Shown: positions 61,601 through 64,000 of the stretch, one piece after another
Layout: the number at the start of each line of letters is the position of its first letter
Position numbering within the stretch: position 1 is the stretch's first letter
Assembly: GCF_018350175.1 (NCBI RefSeq)
Contig: NC_058368.1
Coordinates: 17,982,001-18,046,000, forward strand
Direction of reading: 5' to 3'
Source of the DNA: Felis catus
Lineage: Eukaryota
DNA: 64,000 nt
The notes under the pieces: generated by a model
Seen by the model: the letters and a program-made list of their open reading frames with translations, nothing else
Databases searched by the model: none
Told to the model about the DNA's origin: nothing
Translations under genes and position numbers: made by a program

Positions 61601-63053
61601 CGCCCCTCAGTGGCACAGTAAGAGCCCTGATTAGTTTTCCTCTGGTTTCTCCCCTCTCCTGCTAATAGACTTCTGTCCTCCATCACCTTCCTGTCACACA
61701 GCTGTGCACACTTGTGCACCGGTCCCTGTGACCTTCCCTATCAGGCCTAGACTCCTCTGCCTGACTTTTAAGACCCTTCTGGTGCGTGTAGCACACATGG
61801 TCTCAGATGTCCACACCACACTTTAAAGTGAGAGGTGGTATATCCTCCTTTTATATGTGTGACCAAGTGTCTGGTTTGAGGTCGTTAAGCCACTAAGTCT
61901 CTCATTTCTTTCTACCACCCAGCCCCTTTATTCATTCTCATGTGGCTGTTGTAGTTTTTTGAATAATTACCCATGTAGTACCTTATGTACTTAAAATTTT
62001 GGTCTTGATTTCAAGGAAGAAACTGCTGATGTGTGGTTGTTACAGAATTTCACGTCTTCTTAATGGCGATTACCTTAAGATGCCTGTTGTTAGAGTTTGA
62101 GGGATAAATGGAAAATTAAGGTACTCTGTTTTTGATAGGAAGTGAAGAGGAATATTGTGACTTTGTCGCACTGGTCAGCCTGCGCCGCTCTGGCTCAGAT
62201 CCTGATCTGCAGGAGAGGCTAGTGTGCAAATCGGGGAGGGTACTTACCGGCTTGTTTTTCTCGCTCTTTGAAATTCACATTAGACTCAGTGGGTATGCTG
62301 GATTGGCACAAGGTCTACACTTTTTAAAGTGGGTTTCTGTTATCCTAATTACCTAGTTTAAAATAATGTATTTCTTAAAAGATGTTTTGGTAAAGTGTAT
62401 CTGAGAGGCAGTGTGAAGAGGTTGGAAGAAAATAGATCGGAGTTGGATGAAATAGGTTATTCTTTGAGAATGACTTAATTCCTCTAAGCCTCAGTTTCTC
62501 CATCTGAAAAAAAAAGTCACAAGCAGTAAATGTCAAGTACCCAGGAGCTTGGCAAATAGTCAATATTTAGTAAATGTCAGTTTTTCCCTTAGGTTACAAG
62601 GTGTGCTTTCCATTTTTACATCTCAGCTTCTGTGCTCAGCACCCCTGCCCAGAATAAGGCGTTTGTAGAGCAGACGCTAATACATCTTCATATCACTCCC
62701 TTCAATTAATGTTTCCCAGTCATTTTTTTCCTGTGACTCATACATTTATTCTTTTTCACAAAGAAGTTGTTCATTTTATTAATCAGCAGTGAAATAAATT
62801 AACCAGGTTCTAGACCCAAATGTTAACATAATTAATAATGTCCTAAAAGACATTCAACTTAATAAAATATTGTTATGTTATTTTAAATGTTTGTTATTAG
62901 TGTCATTAATCATATACATTATTGTTCGTGTTTTGAACTTACGCGTAATATGGAAAAAACATTTTAGTTATGCTATAATTAATTGTAGGTGTTGAAGAAA
63001 ATATTCAGGAAGTTGTTGGGCATATTACTGAGGGTGTGTGCAGGCCTCTGAAG
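35096..63053 (+). CDS. COG6: COG6 (conserved oligomeric Golgi complex subunit 6), coding exons 1-11; 3'-partial, gene continues beyond the window
   Basis: Eleven exons (153+144+72+59+112+83+71+94+129+92+65 = 1074 nt) splice at GT-AG junctions with consistent phases into one open frame: [11 protein letters not shown]...[28 protein letters not shown]...[37 protein letters not shown]...[11 protein letters not shown]. This is recognisable as COG6. Confidence 0.97.
36532..36667 (-). mobile_element. Very short 5'-truncated carnivore/felid L1 3' end with (TTTC)n tail
   Basis: tatatgaaatttattgtcaaattggtttccatgcaacacccagtgctcatcccaacaggtgccctcct is an antisense L1 terminus; TSD TCTATGGTTTT at 36521-36531 and 36668-36678. 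Confidence 0.85.
38093..38236 (+). CDS. COG6: COG6 exon 2
   Basis: tgtgtag|GAG ATG...; [48 protein letters not shown]; donor GAA|GTATGT. Confidence 0.96.
38481..38692 (-). mobile_element. Can-SINE (COG6 intron 2)
   Basis: antisense consensus. Confidence 0.9.
39151..39352 (+). mobile_element. Can-SINE
   Basis: TSD aaaaatagagta. Confidence 0.88.
39829..40031. mobile_element. MER20 (hAT/Charlie) DNA transposon
   Basis: caaggtttctcaactcggc...cagcatccctggg...tctccagacactgtcaagtg...ccagttgagcaccatcg; TSD-like atctagtt / atctagcc. Confidence 0.75.
40501..40700 (-). mobile_element. Can-SINE
   Basis: antisense, diverged. Confidence 0.82.
40733..40955 (+). mobile_element. Can-SINE
   Basis: consensus head and tail. 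Confidence 0.9.
41076..41320 (+). mobile_element. Can-SINE
   Basis: consensus; long (CT)n. Confidence 0.9.
42938..42979. repeat. (CA)n microsatellite
   Basis: directly visible. Confidence 0.95.
43379..43450 (+). CDS. COG6: COG6 exon 3
   Basis: ttttttttcttttcag|[27 protein letters not shown]; donor CAG|GTACTG. Confidence 0.95.
43836..43880. repeat. (CA)n microsatellite
   Basis: directly visible. Confidence 0.95.
43933..44137 (+). mobile_element. Can-SINE
   Basis: consensus head and tail. Confidence 0.9.
46463..47074. mobile_element. Tigger2/MER8-like non-autonomous DNA transposon containing a SINE and (TA)n
   Basis: TIRs cagtcgacctttgaaca / tgtttaaggtcaactg flanked by TA dinucleotides (46461-46462, 47075-47076). 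Confidence 0.82.
46752..46997 (-). mobile_element. Can-SINE nested in the Tigger element
   Basis: antisense consensus. Confidence 0.9.
47897..47955 (+). CDS. COG6: COG6 exon 4
   Basis: attttag|[22 protein letters not shown](S); donor AAG|GTAAGT, phase 2. Confidence 0.95.
49281..49458 (-). mobile_element. Can-SINE (older)
   Basis: antisense consensus; TSD acttccatattt. Confidence 0.9.
49472..49695 (-). mobile_element. Young feline Can-SINE
   Basis: near-consensus; same TSD acttccatattt. Confidence 0.95.
49745..49947 (-). mobile_element. Can-SINE
   Basis: antisense consensus. Confidence 0.85.
50757..50970 (+). mobile_element. Can-SINE
   Basis: consensus head and tail. Confidence 0.9.
53808..53919 (+). 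CDS. COG6: COG6 exon 5
   Basis: attatag|[41 protein letters not shown]; donor GAG|GTATGT. Confidence 0.95.
55610..55692 (+). CDS. COG6: COG6 exon 6
   Basis: attttaaag|GAT (AAG acceptor); [27 protein letters not shown](G); donor AGG|GTGAGT. Confidence 0.94.
56063..56133 (+). CDS. COG6: COG6 exon 7
   Basis: ttttcttag|[27 protein letters not shown]; donor AAA|GTAAGT. Confidence 0.95.
56259..56426 (+). mobile_element. Can-SINE (internally shortened)
   Basis: consensus head; TSD aaagaaaaatg-like. Confidence 0.85.
56575..56890 (-). mobile_element. MLT1-type MaLR LTR fragment
   Basis: tgctgtaacaaatcatcacaaacttaatggcttaaaacaacacaaatt...agttctgcaggtcagaaatc. Confidence 0.75.
56898..57349 (-). mobile_element. 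Two tandem antisense Can-SINEs (56898-57128, 57139-57349)
   Basis: two antisense consensus copies, ending ~160 nt upstream of exon 8. Confidence 0.9.
57511..57604 (+). CDS. COG6: COG6 exon 8
   Basis: tgttttccag|[35 protein letters not shown](K); weak donor TAA|GTTGGT, fixed by the frame of exon 9. Confidence 0.93.
59132..59343 (-). mobile_element. Can-SINE
   Basis: antisense consensus; TSD ttttgattctt. Confidence 0.9.
61210..61338 (+). CDS. COG6: COG6 exon 9
   Basis: ttctcccag|[46 protein letters not shown](R); donor GAG|GTATAG. Confidence 0.96.
61417..61508 (+). CDS. COG6: COG6 exon 10
   Basis: ctgcattag|[34 protein letters not shown]; donor AAG|GTGGGT; preceded by a 78-nt intron. Confidence 0.95.
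62989..63053 (+). CDS. COG6: COG6 exon 11
   Basis: aattgtag|[26 protein letters not shown]; donor AAG|GTAAAT. Confidence 0.95.
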
Positions 63054-63217
63054 GTAAATATTTTGCTTTTATATATGTTATATGGTATCTGGATAAATTA
63101 TTGCCTTATTCCTATGAGTTTAAAAATAACTTCACAGCTGGAAATCGAGCTATAATTTTCTCAAATTAACACATTAGTGTAGGATTGTAAAATACATTTA
63201 AAAATAATCATCATCAA

Positions 63218-63440
63218 GGCACCTGGGTGGCTCAGTCGGTTAAGCGTCCAACTTCAGCTTGATCGTGATTACGGTCATGATCTCATGGTTCACAGGTTCA
63301 AGCCCATGTCGGGCTCTGTGCTGACAGCTCAGAGCCTGGAGCCTGCTTCGGATTCTGTGTCTCCGCCTCTCTCCGCACTCCCTGTGCTTGTGCTCTGTCT
63401 CTGTCTCTCTCAAAAATAAACAAAAATTAAAAAAAAAAAA
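63218..63440 (+). mobile_element. Can-SINE
   Basis: consensus head, (CT)n, A tail. Confidence 0.9.
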
Positions 63441-64000
63441 GAATTAATGTATTGAATCTTTGTTTTCCAACTCTATAGGTGGTAAGATGATGCTTCTTTT
63501 TATATGACTGTTCTGGGTTGCAAAGCGATTACTAGCTAACATTTGAATTTTACCTTTCTTAATAAAAACTTATGATATGCTCAGACCTTCATACATCATG
63601 GTGGGTTGTATGAAAATAAGTTCATATACAAAGATAAATGGCATGGGAAATAGAGCTGAATGCTGTATTGCATGGTACAGAAATAGTGCCCTCAGATTGC
63701 TGATGTGTACTGGGGAACAAACGTCTACTCCAAGCAGCCATCTATGATGTTGAGACAAAGGTTTGTTATTATCCCTTTCAGTCCTGCCTCCTCCTTGTGT
63801 CCCCTCCCCATAAACACAGATTCTCTCCATCTTTCTCTTGCTTTCTGACTCCTGCTTTGCTACAGCTCTCTCTCTGGCACTGGAATGGAGAGCCGCCATT
63901 GGGTCTTTTATCTCCTCCCAAGATTGTTGTCCAACTGCCTGTGGCCCCTTTGGCTACTTTTAATTTCTGCCTTTATCATCTCTGCCACTTCCGATACAGT

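Noticed and set aside
1..64000. CRISPR arrays, operons or other prokaryotic systems
   Set aside because: The sequence is clearly mammalian; its repeats are SINEs, LINEs, LTRs, DNA transposons and microsatellites.

Overview
Mammalian genomic DNA from a felid, judged by dense tRNA-derived Can-SINEs of the feline SINEC_Fc type. The right half holds the CpG-island promoter and the first 11 coding exons of COG6 (conserved oligomeric Golgi complex subunit 6, + strand). These give 1074 nt / 358 codons in one open frame with GT-AG introns, and the gene runs off the window. The left ~35 kb is repeat-rich intergenic DNA (SINEs, old L1MC/L1ME, MIR, MaLR/ERVL LTRs, DNA transposons). The standout is at ~16054-16780 (- strand): a 5'-truncated, decayed, processed retrocopy of HRAS made from the rare IDX-exon-containing (p19 H-Ras) splice form. 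It reaches the HRAS mRNA 3' end, is nested in an old L1MC element, remains CpG-rich, and lies just downstream of a same-sense LTR. Family names and human comparisons come from my recollection of reference sequences, not from searches. Repeat boundaries are approximate. Almost all ORFs in the supplied track are spurious.
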